This document shows positions 1-14,078 of a DNA stretch of 64,000 nucleotides, in pieces. The stretch's first letter is position 1; the number at the start of each line of letters is the position of its first letter. The notes beneath the pieces were generated by a model. It worked only from the letters and a program-made list of their open reading frames with translations. It searched no databases and was not told where the DNA came from. The position numbers and the translations under genes were made by a program. This DNA comes from Paecilomyces variotii (lineage: Eukaryota): NCBI GenBank assembly GCA_004022145.1, contig RCNU01000013.1, one strand, 5' to 3'.

Positions 1-147
1 TCATCGACGTCTACAGCATGGTTGGCTATCTGGAGAAGACTCAAAAAGAGTAAGTATCTCAACTAACTAGCTAACCAATCATGTTTTAACTGCAAGATTC
101 ACAGCATCAGAAAGCGGGGTTCTTCGACTTCGAATCTTTACACTTGA
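1..147 (+). CDS. Possible 3' end of an unidentified gene entering the window
   Basis: Open frame IDVYSMVGYLEKTQK, then GTAAGT donor at 50, TTAAC branch, CAG acceptor at 104 and a short last exon (DIRKRGSSTSNLYT*). No recognisable motif. Confidence 0.3.
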
Positions 148-1312
148 ATGTACATACAGTACTTAGCTGTATTATTATTGCCTAATATTAATATATCTAT
201 AGTACCCTTCACGCCCGTTAGATCTATTTAAAGTTCAACTGAACCCCCGCCCCTCTTTGGGTGGTAAATTATAATGAAATAGTATGTACATTATCAAGGC
301 CTGGCGTGGCGATTCCAATACATTTACCATATTTCACAATACCCCGATCTCGGTGTAAGATATCGGGCATTTACGGCGATTTAAGCTTCTTGGGTTTTAA
401 GTCTAATGAGGGGGGGAGCACGCAATTTGCTGGATACTATTGCCCCCGCAGGTAGTTTATCGTCTCGTCATCTGTCTTCCATCTAGTTACCCCTCCTTTC
501 AATCTTGCTAGACGCTCTTGGGATATGAATCAGACTTGTCATGCTTTCATAAATGGGGCTGTGATAATTAACGGATGGATCTACAAGTGCGGAGTTCGTT
601 GCGAGAGAACCCACCGGTGGCTGACGCGGATAGTCTTGATTGGGTCTAGATACCACTGGAGGGCGTGATTCACATCCTGCTGATAGCCGATAGTCGATTC
701 AATAGTCCGCTATCCAGCTGATAACCTGAGACCAGAAGCTGGTCGGGTGACGTGATTGATCATTCAACTCAAGATAGATGGGAAGATTTCCAATCCTCGA
801 TGACAGTACTGAGATTGTAGCTGCAGGCGTTCTCCCAAGCTCGCCTTATCTGCTCTCGGATGTATTGTAACTGATAAGATAGCAATGGAGAGCTCTCCGC
901 AGCGGCTAAGCCGTCCAACGACAGAAATACTTTGTAGCTACAACGAAACTACGACAGCAATAAAATGGATAGATGATAGTCAAAATTCTGTTACCTGGCC
1001 GCCCCAGGGCTCGAAGGCTATAACACGAAAAATTCCAATATCCCAGTCTGTCACAAACTAATACGATCTGTCTAGATCACTCCTCAAGTGGTGGGAGTAG
1101 GCAAAGGAGCACATGTGCCAACTTAATGCTAGAACCGAAAAGCAACACATACAGAGGCCGATTCAACCGATGAACCTAGGGCTCAGAGACGTCAAATGGG
1201 GAAAAACAAAAAGAAATATGGATAACCTGCGCCGCGTGTCTATTCTGCTGCCATTCCCATGCACCAGCACCTATATAGTGTCCGATCGTGATAAGCTTAA
1301 GAATCATTGAGT

Positions 1313-2919
1313 TTACACAACGACAGCGTCCTTGATCTCGCTGTAGATGGCGCCGAGTTCCTCAGTGAACTTCTCAGCCTTGTCCATGATACCGGTGAGC
1401 TTCTCCTCGAAGGTAGCGACCTTGTATCCACCCTTGGCAACAATCTCAGTGTAGTTGGCAGAGCCACCACCGTTCCAGGCGAGGACCTGATTAAGGTTGT
1501 TAGCAAGATGAACAGATCAGGAAATGGGAACCGTTTTAACTTACGTTGGCAGTGTCGGACGGGACGTCAGAAAGAGCACCCTCGGTAGCAACGGAGATCA
1601 GAGTCTTCTTCAGCTTCTCCGGGGTGATGTCGGCCACAGCGAAGGCAGAGTCCTTCGAGGGCTGGAGGGAGAGGAAGTAGGCCAGCAGACCAGCAATGTG
1701 GGGAGAGGCCATAGAGGTTCCGGAGATAGTGTTGACGGCATACTTGCTGCCGATCCAGGTGGAGAGAATGTTAAGACCGGGAGCGAAGATATCGTTGCAC
1801 TTTCCGTAATTGGAGAAGTAAGCACGCTCATCCGCGAGGGTGGAAGCACCGACGGTGACAGCCTTCTCAGCGGCAGCAGGAGAGTAGTTGCAGGAGTCGG
1901 CATTGTCGTTACCAGCAGCGACAGCGAAGTGAATACCAGCGTCCACAGCAGCGTTCACAGCCAAGTCGAGAGTAACAGACTTGCCGCCACCCAGACTCAT
2001 GTTAGCAGCACTGCCCTTGAAGCCCTTGGCCTTGCCCTTCTTGGCAGCCTCGATCTTCTTGGAGTGAGCGGTAGCGGCCCATTCAACGCCCTTCACGACG
2101 TCGGACATGGTACCAGAACCGTTGGATCTAAGCACCTTGACGGCGTAGACGTTGGCCTTCTTGGCAACACCGTACTTCTTACCAGCGATCGTACCAGAGC
2201 AGTGGGTACCGTGGCCATTGCCATCGACATCGTCATCACCAGTAGGGATGGTCTTACCCCAAGAGGCACGACCCTCGAAGTCAACGTGGTCGGTGTTGGT
2301 GCCAGTGTCAATGACGTAGACGTCAACACCCTCACCGCCATCATTGGCATAGAGGTATTTGTTGAAGGTACTAAAGCTCAGGCTGTCACGGTGGGAGATA
2401 CGGGCCAGACCCCAGGGGGCGTTCTTCTCAACGGAAGAGTCTTCCATCGTGTGGACTTCGGCGTCCCTCTCGATGTATTCGACCTAGGTTGAATTAGCCG
2501 TGCTGCCCTGAAGGACCTCGAGGGCCAAGGGTGGTTGGGAAGGTACTCACGTCCGGATGCCTGCGGACCTGCTCGATAACAGAGTCATCAAAGTGACCCG
2601 AATAGCCCATCAGTTGGCCAGCGATGTTGTAGGTGTGCTTCAAGCCCTCGAACATCTCATCCTGGAAGGGGAACTGAGAGCGCTTCCGGAGCTCCATCCG
2701 CTGGTTCTCAACATCGGAGTGGATGTCCTGCACCCAGCTGTGGTGAGCAGCAGCAGCTTCAGCTGTGACATGCTTCTTGAAAACCACGATGTAGGAGTCC
2801 GGGACCTCCTTCGCGTTAGCAGAAGAGAGGACCGGAGCGGCACCGTTATGGATCGAGTCAACGATCACAGGTGACGCGGCCGCCAGCAGCGGGAGAAGGA
2901 GGCCGAGAACGGCTTTCAT
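1313..2919 (-). CDS. alp2: Vacuolar subtilisin-like serine protease (S8, Prb1/Alp2/PepC type)
   Basis: Signal peptide MKAVLGLLLPLLAAA, I9 propeptide, catalytic motifs VIDTG, GHGTHCSG, GTSMASPH. Exons 2919-2551, 2483-1545, 1486-1313 with GT-AG introns. Confidence 0.95.
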
Positions 2920-3964
2920 GATGGCACAGAAATGAAAGAACGCTGCTGGCCGGCAGTTCGATGAGAATTCTGATGATAGATGAAGGAAGATGAGATGGGG
3001 GAAGGGGGATGGAGGGAGGTTGAAGGAAGGAAGATGGAGGAGCTGGAGCTGGCGAGATAGAAGTAGGTCGCTGGGGAGGCAGGTGAGCAACGGAGCAGGC
3101 AAGGCCCGGGGGAGATGATGCAACGCCAATACGGTAAGTTTACAGATACGCCCGGGGGTTAGCGCTCCCAACGGACCCTGATTCGCCGGGCAGCGTCGAT
3201 CCGATAGCAGACCGCCCCACCAGTGGAGAGCTGCAGAGGACAGTACCGATACAGGGCGGTACAAGCCTCAGAGTCTCGTGAGCTGTCTCTCCAACTCGAA
3301 GTTGCGGTGTTGCCTGGGTACCTGCTAAGTACTCAACAAGTCCAACAACGAGGCTGATCAGCATGGTGGCAACGCGATGCTTGCAAGCGGTGGGCTCGCG
3401 TGCTCTGACCACAACTGGCACAGGACGCTGCCGCGAGTGGTATAGCGTGTACAGAATAGCACGGTATGGTCACGGCCCAGTATGGCTGCGGTATGGCAGC
3501 TAACAGGCCTTATCGCCTTATCGCGCTGTTTTCGGGCCAATGGTGCAGGCGCCAGTGACGTTGCACGTGACAGACATCCGGCTGTGCTCTGGTCGCTGCA
3601 TCGGAGCTGCTTGGAGTGTTTCAAGCTTGGTTGGAGGATGTGAGCAGTTGGCGCATCTTGTGTCCCTGGCAGTTCGATCCCATACTCCAGCATCCAGAGA
3701 GAATCCTGATCACTTCGTGTCCATTGGAGAGCAAGGACGGTGGTCGACAGTGCATCAGTGCTCAGTGCTCAGTGCTCAGTCTCGACTCTCAAAGCCTTCT
3801 CCACTCGCACAATCAACGTCCGGCAAGACCATGGCCTGACCAGCCAATCCGACACGCCAGATGCAGATCTCATCCTCTGTCCTATGTGTCCTCCGATACT
3901 CTCATCCGGACCTTCAGGACTAATGTTGCGACTGCTAGCTTGAGATAAGATTTCCAGCGGCACC

Positions 3965-6900
3965 ATGATCAAGTCGTCCCCGCTGCGACGTCCCTCCTCC
4001 CCGCCCTCCGCGTCCGCTGGGCGACTGGTCGCCGAGTTGGGCCCGATTATTGAGAGCCTCGACGCGATCTGTAAACAGCACCCGATCACGCTGCAGGATG
4101 TCCTCTCCGGAACAGAAAGCCTGCTCCGCCTCCGTCATACATTTATCGATACACAACAGCCCAGAGAAGCGAAGGATGCATTTCGTCATCTGTACGGGTT
4201 CCAGATACTGCTCGAATTTGTCCGGCAGCTCGGGGAACTCTACGATACAAACACATTGTCCCAGGAGGAACGCAAGAGTCTCTTGGCTCTATTCAGGGAC
4301 ACCCTCGGGGTCATTGCAGAATGTCTGAAGGAGCACTCGGGGAACAAACGATACTTTTCTAAAAGGATCCCCGGCGGAGGAACAGCATGTCTGGAGAATA
4401 CACTGACAGTCCTGGCTACGAAATTCGACGACAACGATGCGTCGACTTCTGATAGAGAGCAATTATATGGGGGCTTACTGGCTGGGGCTTTGTGCGAGGA
4501 GACAGTTTCAGGGATATTCACCGCGTTGAGTTTGAAGCTGGGGCCTCAGGCCGACTCTCTGTCTCCGGAAGACATTTGCTTGGCTGTAGATAGATCTCTG
4601 GGTACAGCAGTGACTGTTGAAGTTCCTGAGTTCTTAGGTCCGTTTCTGCGAGTCTGGCTGGCGCAGTCCTCATCTGTGACCGGACATGCCATTCTGAGAT
4701 TAGCTCTTCCTGCGTGTCTCTGCCAGCTTGCCTCCCAGTCTCAGAGGAATACTCTAGCTCTGCACGCCACAGGAACATTGAAATCAGTGCTACCGGTTCT
4801 GATCAATAGTGACAGACCCGAGTCAGAAAGAAAACTTTACGAAAAGCTTGCGGGGCTCCTCTGTGTGCAAGGCATTAATGGCCTCGAGGATGCAGTGGAC
4901 ATTTATAGGCGCGCTCACGATTCTCCAGAGGTCTTACGGTTCTTGCTGAATGCCATGAAGTCTTCCAAAGGTCCGCCATCTATCCATTTCGATCTGTCCG
5001 TGCACGGTTACTCCTCGGTCGAGTTCTCGACACTAGGTCGCCCATTTCCTCCCACAGCATCCGCTGGGTACACTTTTACGGTTTGGGCTCGTTTTGATAA
5101 CTTCGACCCCAATGTTCATACCACCATTTTTGGGGCCTTTGATGCCAGTCAGACATGTTTTGTGCTTGCATACCTGGAGAAGGACACCCGCAATTTCATC
5201 TTGCAAACATCGATCCGAGGACCGCGTCCCAGTGTACGCTTTAAATCCTTCGTCTTCGAGCCAAATAAATGGTATCATATCTGCGTGATCCACAAGAGGG
5301 CTCGAGGTCCTTTATCTGCACGGGCTTCTCTTTTTGTGGATGGCGAATTTGTTGAGCAGTTGAAGATCGATTATCCATCCGTCCCTCCACCACGAGCGCC
5401 CAACAAGGCAGCCCGTGTGCAGGCGTTCTTGGGTACACCACAAGACCTCGCCATGAGACTGGGGAAGGGAGCATCAACGTCTCGATGGTCTCTGGCGAAC
5501 GCGATCCTCTTCGAAGACATATTCACTGATGACATGGTGGCCGTATTCTACAATATCGGGCCTCGCTACCATGGCAATTTCCAGGATTGCTTGGGCTCTT
5601 TCCAAACGTATCGGGCTTCCGCTGCACTCAATTTACGAAATGAGAACCTTCATCCAGGCAAAGAGGAGTCGTCGGATATAGTAACCGCTATCCGGCAGAA
5701 GGCGAGCACGCTGGTATCAGAAAGCTCCGTCCTACTGAACATAGCCCCAGCTACTGTGCTCGACGATGATGACACCAACAATATAGACGAATCTCAGTTA
5801 GTGAAATCACTGTCGAAGCGGGCTTCCAAGAATTTGTATCAGTTAACGAAAGTGGGCGCTAACGCTATCGCCGTTAATGGGGCTATTCCTGCAATCAACG
5901 ATGCGTTAACACACACTAATGGTGTTGCCATTCTCACTGGTGACCCTGTAGTAACGGTACCGCAGTCTCTTGACGATGCGGGTTGGCGGATTGGCGGCTG
6001 CGCAGCCCTGCACCTTAGCATTGTCCACGCGGCGACTACAGCTGAGAGCCTCACATTAGCACTAGAAGTCCTGTACGAGGCTATACAAGATAGCTGGCGG
6101 AACAGTGAGGCAATGGAAAGAGATAACGGATATGGGATTCTTGCCACACTGCTACGCGACAAGATTGGCTTTCCTTCGGGGGGCCAGGTCACAACAGCGT
6201 CCAAACTTTCATCTATCTGTCCAGATAATAAGCAACGATCCTCGCTCGCACGAGAGCTTCTGCGATTGACCTTGTCATTTGTCGGATACGATTTTAATGA
6301 CCCTTCCCGTTCGATAATCACAAATCCGCTAGCTTATCGGGTCTTGCTTGTCGACCTGGATATCTGGCGGTTCGGTGAGCCTGATTTAGTCGAGATGTAT
6401 TATTCTCAGTTCTCGACCTTTGCGAGAAACAGCCGATATCGTCATTTCAATTCAAAGCGTCTGGCTAGAATGCGTGGGTGCTCATTGTAGGCTGTCTTCT
6501 GACTTCTTCTGACAATTTTGCAGGTGTCAACAAGAAACTGTTGGATGCTTTAAAAGGAGAACGCTTCACAAATGAGTCTCTCGCCCTTTTCGTCCCTGCT
6601 TTTCGATCCCTCCTGGACAGCTGTCTATCGGCGGAGCTGCTTCGATCACTATCTCTTTTCATCACCTACTCGATACAGGAGAGTAAATCACCCTCTGTTC
6701 TCCGCAAGAAGAAAAGTTTTCGTCTAGATCCTCGCCTGCGGCATCGGTCGCCGTCGACCGGAGATGCTGGGAAGTACCTACCCAGTTCTAAGATAGGTGT
6801 GGAGATGCTGCGAATGTATTGTTCCTTACTTTGCGCATCAGGTGATGTAGCAATAGTCAAAAAGTTTGCAAGGACGGTCACGAATAAGGTTCGTCAAGTA

Positions 6901-9900
6901 ATAGGATTATCTCGAGCAGCTGCTGATAGCACATTCCAGTGGCTTCTCTACCTCATGTGCGAAGATGATCCAGAGGTTGTAGTACTTGCGGCGAAAATCC
7001 TTTCTCGCTTGATTATCATACACGGTAGCGCCTATAACAAGAAACTCGCCGATAAGTCAGGAGGATATACCATAATGCGACATCGATTGAAAAGGTGGTG
7101 GAACATTCCTGCCTTGTGGCCGATCTGCTTTGGTATTCTGTTCGGACTCGACGTTGCTTGTATGGACCTGGAGAGACCCTTCGACCACTCTGGGCTTCTG
7201 GATCTCTTTGTATCCAACGGTGAACCAAAGATTGTGTTCCCAGAGATCCTACCGGTGATTATGGAGATGCTACAAAGTGGTCTGAAAAGAGCAGCGGCGG
7301 TAAATGGTAAGACCGTAGAGGTACCACTGCCGCAGTCCTATAGAGTCTTGATGTCGTCGTCCAATTTGACCAGTAAGACAACCGTCTCCTCAGCCTATGA
7401 AATAGTCTTAACCATGCCTAATGCTCGAACAGATTCCTCGCCGGCTGAGAATGCTACTAGAGACCAATGCATATTGAAGAGCGTTGTCAGGTTCCTTTCG
7501 GACGTCCATGCCAAATCACACAACTTTCGGGACTTTTCCGTGAGTTCGACATATGTGCAACGGCTCCTCTTCGTTCTGTTCCCCGTTGTGGTCGGATCAG
7601 ATATAATCAGCCCAGAAGTTGAGCTAAATTCCCGCGACGGCGGGCTGAGTTTCGAGGATACGAACATTGTCCGGCCGCTCTCTACCGCACCACCCGTACT
7701 GCGAACCACAACTGTGGAACCTTCGAGTGGTCAGGACCATGCTGGAAGGCCGCTGCGACGCGGTTCATCTTTTATATTGGTCTCATCCGACAGAGCAAAA
7801 TACTCGCCATCTGCTGCCCGTCTCCGGCATATTGTTACACCAAAGGTGGAAAGGGATGGGGACTTGGAGGCCCACCCTGTCGTCCAGTCTATTCTAGGTC
7901 TTCTGACATCTGTGTTCATGGACCAATTATTTGCTCGCAAAGAGTTCTCCGGTCTTGGGCTGTATCTGAAAACACCGCCTGGCTTTCTGGAACACCAGAC
8001 CTACTTTGAATCATGGGTGCTACGGAACACCATATTGACCATGGAGGGAACTATAGTTATGAACCGAGAACTGTTATTGGAGCCTCGAACGTTGACTAAT
8101 TTAGCACGCTTCCTCACACATATCGGGGAGGCAGTGTACGAAGGCTGGTTCATTGATGGTGCCACTGTTGCCCTCGACTTTGCTGGGTCTGTCCTAGAGT
8201 ACCTTCAAAGACCCGACATATCATGCATAAAGAGTGTTCGACTTTGCAGCCAAGCAATAGATACAATTCGCTCTACAGCTTTTCGGATGGTTCTAATCAA
8301 GCTTTCCGAAGTGGAGGAATCCGACTGTCTCACTTTTCTCAGCCGCCTTGCGTACTGGCAAGCAATGCTTCTGTCTGAAGGAGAAACGCATTCTGAATAT
8401 CTGCAACTGCTCTGTTATTTACTCTACACGAAGCTTATAAGTGAGAACCACGATATCCGTGTGGCGGCTGCTAACCTCTGGCGAATTGTCCTTGTCGAAA
8501 AGCCTTCTGAAACGTCTGCTATCCTGACTCATGCCACGGCCTCTCTGCAGCGACGACTATCCGAAGGTTTCGGCGGGCTCGTGGGAATGGACGATGCCGG
8601 TTTCCTACAATGGGTCGATGAGCAACGCGATGATCTTGATGCTCTTTTCTTCGGCGGTTTATCCAAGTCTTGGGAGTCCTTCGTGCAGGAGGAGAATGCC
8701 AGAACAGAAGAGACGGCAAGAGTCAGACTTGCCAAACGGAAAGAGAACCTCAAGCAGTGGGCCCAGGAGGAAAAGTCCCGTGAGGAAGTTCTCCGCAAGC
8801 ACAGTATCACGTTCGATCACTGGGTATCCAATATTTCTGCATCCGAGCACCTGAAATACCAGAGGGTTCTTCAGGACCAGCAGGATACTCTCACGTTTAT
8901 GTGGTCTGCCTTTGCTCGTCTTTCTCAGGAATTAAGACGCGTTGGCGGCGTATTGTCTGAGGATAAAGATAGAAAATGGCGACTTGACCAGACAGAGGGG
9001 CGTAGCCGAATGCGGCTTCGAGTGATCCCCGATGACTCGGGGGAGAGACAGGACTATCAGCCCAAGAGAAAAGCGTCTGAGCCTCCTGCGATAAAGCTGA
9101 ATACACAGATTGCTCCTGCTTCCAACAATGAAGTTGTCGGGATTACTCCCACCGCTATGGTTGGCGAGTCTGCAGACAATGGGTCTCAGGGCGTGGACTC
9201 TGATGATAAGAGCATGCTCGAAGAAAGCTTTGAAATGATTGATGATCCCAAGGAAGATATAGACGATTATGAAGACAAGAACAGAAAGGTTATGAGAAGT
9301 CTACATCGAGGCGATCAAGTTCAAAACGTCTGTAATATGTCTCGCATCACCGGGCTGGAAGCATGCGAAGGCATTCTCATTTTGGGAAAGGACCATATCT
9401 ACATCTTAGACAATTTCTTTCAACGTGCGGATGGCGAGATTGTCAATGTCTGGCAGGCTCCTGCGGAAGAACGAGATCCATATGTTCGCATGATCGCTGG
9501 TCGCGAGTCGAGTGAACGCAAATCACAGGAGCATCAGACGAGGAGCTGGAAGTGGGCAGATTTGATCAGCATCTCTAAACGCCGATTTCTCTTCCGTGAT
9601 GTGGCCCTCGAGATCTTTTTCACGGACGGTCGCAGTTATCTTCTGACATTGATATCTTCACGAGCCCGGAACGAACTTTACAGCCAGCTATCCGCCAAAG
9701 CTCCTCAGATCAATGGAAACATCGCTCTCTCGCGACCAGAGGATGTTTGGAGATTCGAGACACTGAGAAGTCAAGATGATGAACCCCAGTCATTTGGGTC
9801 CAAATTTGCCAGCGTGTTCGGCCAGTCATCGAACCCCGCAACACGCAAATGGGTCAAGGGGGAGATATCAAACTTCCACTATCTGATGTTGATCAACACT

Positions 9901-11921
9901 TTGGCGGGGAGGACATTTAACGACCTCACTCAATATCCGGTCTTCCCGTGGGTCCTGGCGGATTATACCAGTGAAGAACTGGATCTGACCAATCCCAAAA
10001 CTTTCCGCGATCTATCAAAACCAATGGGTTGCCAGACGCCCGAGCGTGAAGCCGAGTTCAAGGAGAGATACAAGTCGTTTGCAGAGATGGGCGATGAGAA
10101 CGCACCTCCCTTCCACTACGGCACCCATTATTCCTCCGCGATGATAGTCAGTTCGTACCTTATCCGTTTGCAACCGTTTGTGAAGTCATACCTTATACTT
10201 CAAGGTGGGACTTTCGACCATGCGGATCGACTGTTTTATTCCGTGGCAAAGGCTTGGGATTCAGCTTCGCGCGGGAACATGTCCGACGTGAGGGAATTGA
10301 CTCCGGAATTCTACTATCTTCCGGAGTTTCTGGTCAACGTGAACAAGTATGATTTCGGACTGCGCCAGAACATGACCGAGAGCATCGATGCTGTAGAATT
10401 ACCGCCGTGGGCAAAAGGCGATCCAAAAATATTTATCGCCAAACATCGAGAAGCTCTAGAAAGCCCCTACGTGACGAAGAATCTGCACCATTGGATCGAC
10501 TTGGTCTTTGGATTCAAGCAGAAGGGAGATGCAGCCCTTGAAGCAGTGAACGTTTTCCATCACTTATCATATCAGGGAGCCAAGGACGTGGACAACATTG
10601 ACGATCCTGTTGAACGGTTGGCCACCATTGGTATTATACACAACTTCGGGCAAACACCGTACCAGGTCTTCCAGAAGCCTCACCCTAAGAGGGAAGAGCT
10701 CCAGCACAAAGACAGCCGACTTGATGTCCTTGCGGAGTCCCTGACCAGGACGCCCATCCAACTGCTCGGTATGATATCCCCTTGTTTCCCAAGCAAAATC
10801 GAGTCCTTTCTAACACCACAGCAGACAGTCAAGAACGCGTTTCATCTTTATCTATGAAGCAAGATCGGTTACTATGTGCTGCCGCGTTCAGACTGAATGT
10901 CCCTCCGACCTTCGACAAATACATGGAGTGGGGTTTCTTTGATGGAAGCGTGCGCTTCTATGCTGCTGACAGTAGAAAGGTAGGACGTCCTATCTCACTC
11001 TATCAGTGACGAGGGGATGCTAACAGGTTGTAGTTGCTTGGGCATTTTGAGCATTTACACATTGGCCAATTGTCCTGCGCTCTTTTTGCGGATTCGCAAA
11101 CATTGATAACCGCAGGCACAGATTGCACGATCTCAATATGGACATTCACTGCCTCCGGGAAGTCCGTGGATCTGCAACCGAAAGCGACCCTGTTCGGCCA
11201 TCGGTTCGCTGTGACGACTCTTGCGGTTTCACGGTCTTACAGTACCGTTCTATCAGCGTCCGCTGATGGGCGCATCATGCTGTGGGATCTCAATCGACAG
11301 TGCTTTTTGCGGGAGCTTCCTGCCAGTGGCCCAGTGGAGGTAAGTAGGCCTTACGAAAGAAATACTGCGATTCCACTCTCTGACCGAGGGTATAGTGTGC
11401 GCGGATCAATGACGTGACTGGCAACATCATGGTTTGTCGCGGTAACCGTATCAGCCTCTTCTCCCTCAACGGGGCGATCTTGCTCGAACAGGCGGTCTGT
11501 GAAGCTGCAGATGATTGCATCCTCTCGTGCGCGTTTTACGAGGGAGCTAACAACGAATGGCTCGAGAGAGAACTGTTGTTTACCGGACATAGAAGAGGTC
11601 TGGTCAATGTAAGTGTGGATGAGGACACGTTCCATTCTGTTGCATTTATCTTCTAACGTGCTGCCACTCAACAGATCTGGAGCAAAACAATCCGTGACGG
11701 ACGGTTCGAACTCGATCTTATCCGTCAGCTCCATCACATTGATGTTGGTCGTGAAGGGGCCAACGTCAGCTCAGGAATCAGCTACATCCTACCGCTTCCA
11801 CATATCGTGTATACAGGTGACGAAGCCGGTAGAGTGGTACGTCCATTGAGCGTCCATTTTGTGAAACGAGTTTCTAACTTCTGCTATCTAGTACGAATGG
11901 GATTGCATTCAGCGTCGTTGA
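3965..11921 (+). CDS. bph1: Beige/BEACH domain protein (ConA-like, PH, BEACH, WD40), Bph1/Lvs1 type
   Basis: BEACH motifs ISNFHYLMLINTLAGRTFNDLTQYPVFPWV, HYGTHYSS, ELTPEFY, IHNFGQTP, followed by WD40 repeats. Multi-exon, stop TGA at 11919-11921. Confidence 0.93.
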
Positions 11922-12717
11922 TAGACTCGTCATTGCTCCTACATGCATTCCAACCAAGACTGGTACTACGTTCGACCTCGTGTGGTACCAGCATTGACAG
12001 CCGCAGTGAATCTGCCGGGTACTCATTTGCCCAGGGAGGTACGTCGGAGGGCTTATCTGTTCTACCAAAGTGGACACTGCAATTGTTAGATTTTTCTCCG
12101 TTTGATCCCCATTACCCTTATGACTGTATGTCAAGGCCAAAACTATGTGTCTTTCTGCGTTCCGTTACGCTTGCATCGAGCATGTGTTTTGTTCGGGTTG
12201 TTCTCTCTGGCCTGCGAGCGTTGTTTCATCTGCAAGATATGGAGTCGGCTGTCATTTGTTCTGCCCTGCTATTCTTTCCCATCCACATAGTTAGACCGAA
12301 CCCGCAGCGCGGTCGATGATTTGTTTGTTTGTCCCTAGAGAAATCCTAGATATGCCAGCCGGCCTGTGAATCAATAAAAGTGTACTGTACCAGAGTCTCA
12401 TTTCGGTATCTAGCTGTTCCTGTGGTGAATAGTCATTCGCAGCTGCAAAGCCAGTATTGTGGCAACCTTGTCGGGTTGTGCGCTGTGTGAAAATGGAACT
12501 CAGATATATATATATTTTCCTTACGGTTAAGTAGTCCGCCTCGCGACGACATAATAAAACCGAAAAGTGTCGCTCAATTGAACCACAAATACAGATTCTT
12601 GATATTACTATTGACACTGAAAACATTACTACCTCGATTATCTAAAAAAGGAAGTTGAACATTAACCACCTAGAATAAATACTCAAGCTACTATTACAGC
12701 ATAAGGTAGGGATACAG

Positions 12718-12740
12718 AAAAAAAAAAAAAAAAACAAAAA
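12718..12740 (-). terminator. Pol III oligo-T terminator of the tRNA-Ser gene
   Basis: Long T run on the minus strand a few nt 3' of the tRNA. Confidence 0.75.
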
Positions 12741-12746
12741 GAAATT

Positions 12747-12828
12747 CGACAGCAGTCGGATTTGAACCGACGCCTCCGAAGAGAACAGATTTCTAATCTG
12801 TCGCCTTAGACCACTCGGCCATACTGTC
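12747..12828 (-). tRNA. tRNA-Ser(AGA), intronless, long variable arm
   Basis: Reverse complement folds as a cloverleaf: A box TGGCCGAGTGG, anticodon arm ACAGA-TTAGAAA-TCTGT, variable arm CTC-TTCG-GAG, T loop GGTTCAAATCC, discriminator G. Confidence 0.95.
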
Positions 12829-14078
12829 TTAGTCATGTTAGCACGTGAGGGATGTGTGGTTCTTTAGCCGAATAAAATCATAGGATAGGAGTGGGTGACA
12901 GCTTAGTCACGGATAGGTGCTCTCCTTGAAAATCATGGTGGGGTCAAAAGGTCAGGAGGGGTCTAGAATTTTGCAGTGTGGCTTTCCGATTTATCCACGC
13001 GCATAAATATGGTAAAGTCGTAGTTAGGAGAGAAGGTTGTAATAATTATCATTCTATGTGGCAGGAATTATTACTTGGTAAACAATAATAATGAATAATA
13101 CTAATAGATGATAATTATACTCCTATACCACATATAGCATTCGAGTACGTCGTTACTAAGTAAAGTACTCGCATGGAGATGGAAGTACGGAGTAAGCTCC
13201 TCCGTAGAGGGAGGAGGATCGTTTAAAAACATTTAGATTGAGATTATTCTATTTTTTCAATTTAGAGATCGCATGACTCGAATAGTTTTTCCTTATAGTT
13301 ATAGTTCAGGCAAATGTATTATCCCCCGCGCAGGGCTAAGTAACCGACGTGGTTACTGAGCAGAACTATAGCTAGCAGCTAGCTAGAGCACAGTTAAACT
13401 ACTAGTTATGCTCTCCCAATGCCTCTGCTTATCGAGCGCTTAATTGTTGTTGAAGGCCGTTTAGCCTGAAGACGTTCGCGTGGCGATGGGACGGTTATTG
13501 ATTGGGAGCGGCCGGAGCACTCTGCGCCGGGAACGTTGTTGAGCTCGGATGGATTGGGAACAGCTTTAGTAGTTAGTATTGGAGCTCGGAGGGGAGCTGC
13601 CCGAGCTGCACGGGACAGCGATGGGATGAAGGGTATTGCAGACGGAAATGCGCAGCATACGGCCAGTAAGTAGTACTGTACCTAGATAACGGGAAAAGGA
13701 AATCGGTATAGTAGGTGGGAATTCAATCACAGTCATTGTAGTTGTACCCGTAGATAGTAGTGAATGTCAACTGCTCCGGATAATAATAATAATAATAACG
13801 ATTAACTATGGTATTACCATAATTCACCAGCTGACTGTCGAATTGTTTCGAATATGGATTTACAAAGAGGGAGCTGTTTCCCCCGCCTAGGGAGAGCGTC
13901 ATAGTCGCCCCACCATCCCACCGCCGGTGAGAGGCTTCGATCCCACCGGACTTTCGATTATTCTACTTCATCTCCTTTCTTTCTCTCCCGCCACTTGAAG
14001 AACTTGACATCCTTTCTCTCATCCATCTTTCTTGTTTGCCGTTGTATACCCAATTTCCCCTGCACCGATTCCATCATC

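Noticed and set aside
1524-2492. 322-aa plus-strand ORF opposite the protease
   Set aside because: Antisense shadow of a codon-biased gene.
12747-12828. Reading the tRNA as Leu(TAG)
   Set aside because: The 7-nt loop TTAGAAA centres on AGA and the discriminator is G, so it is Ser.
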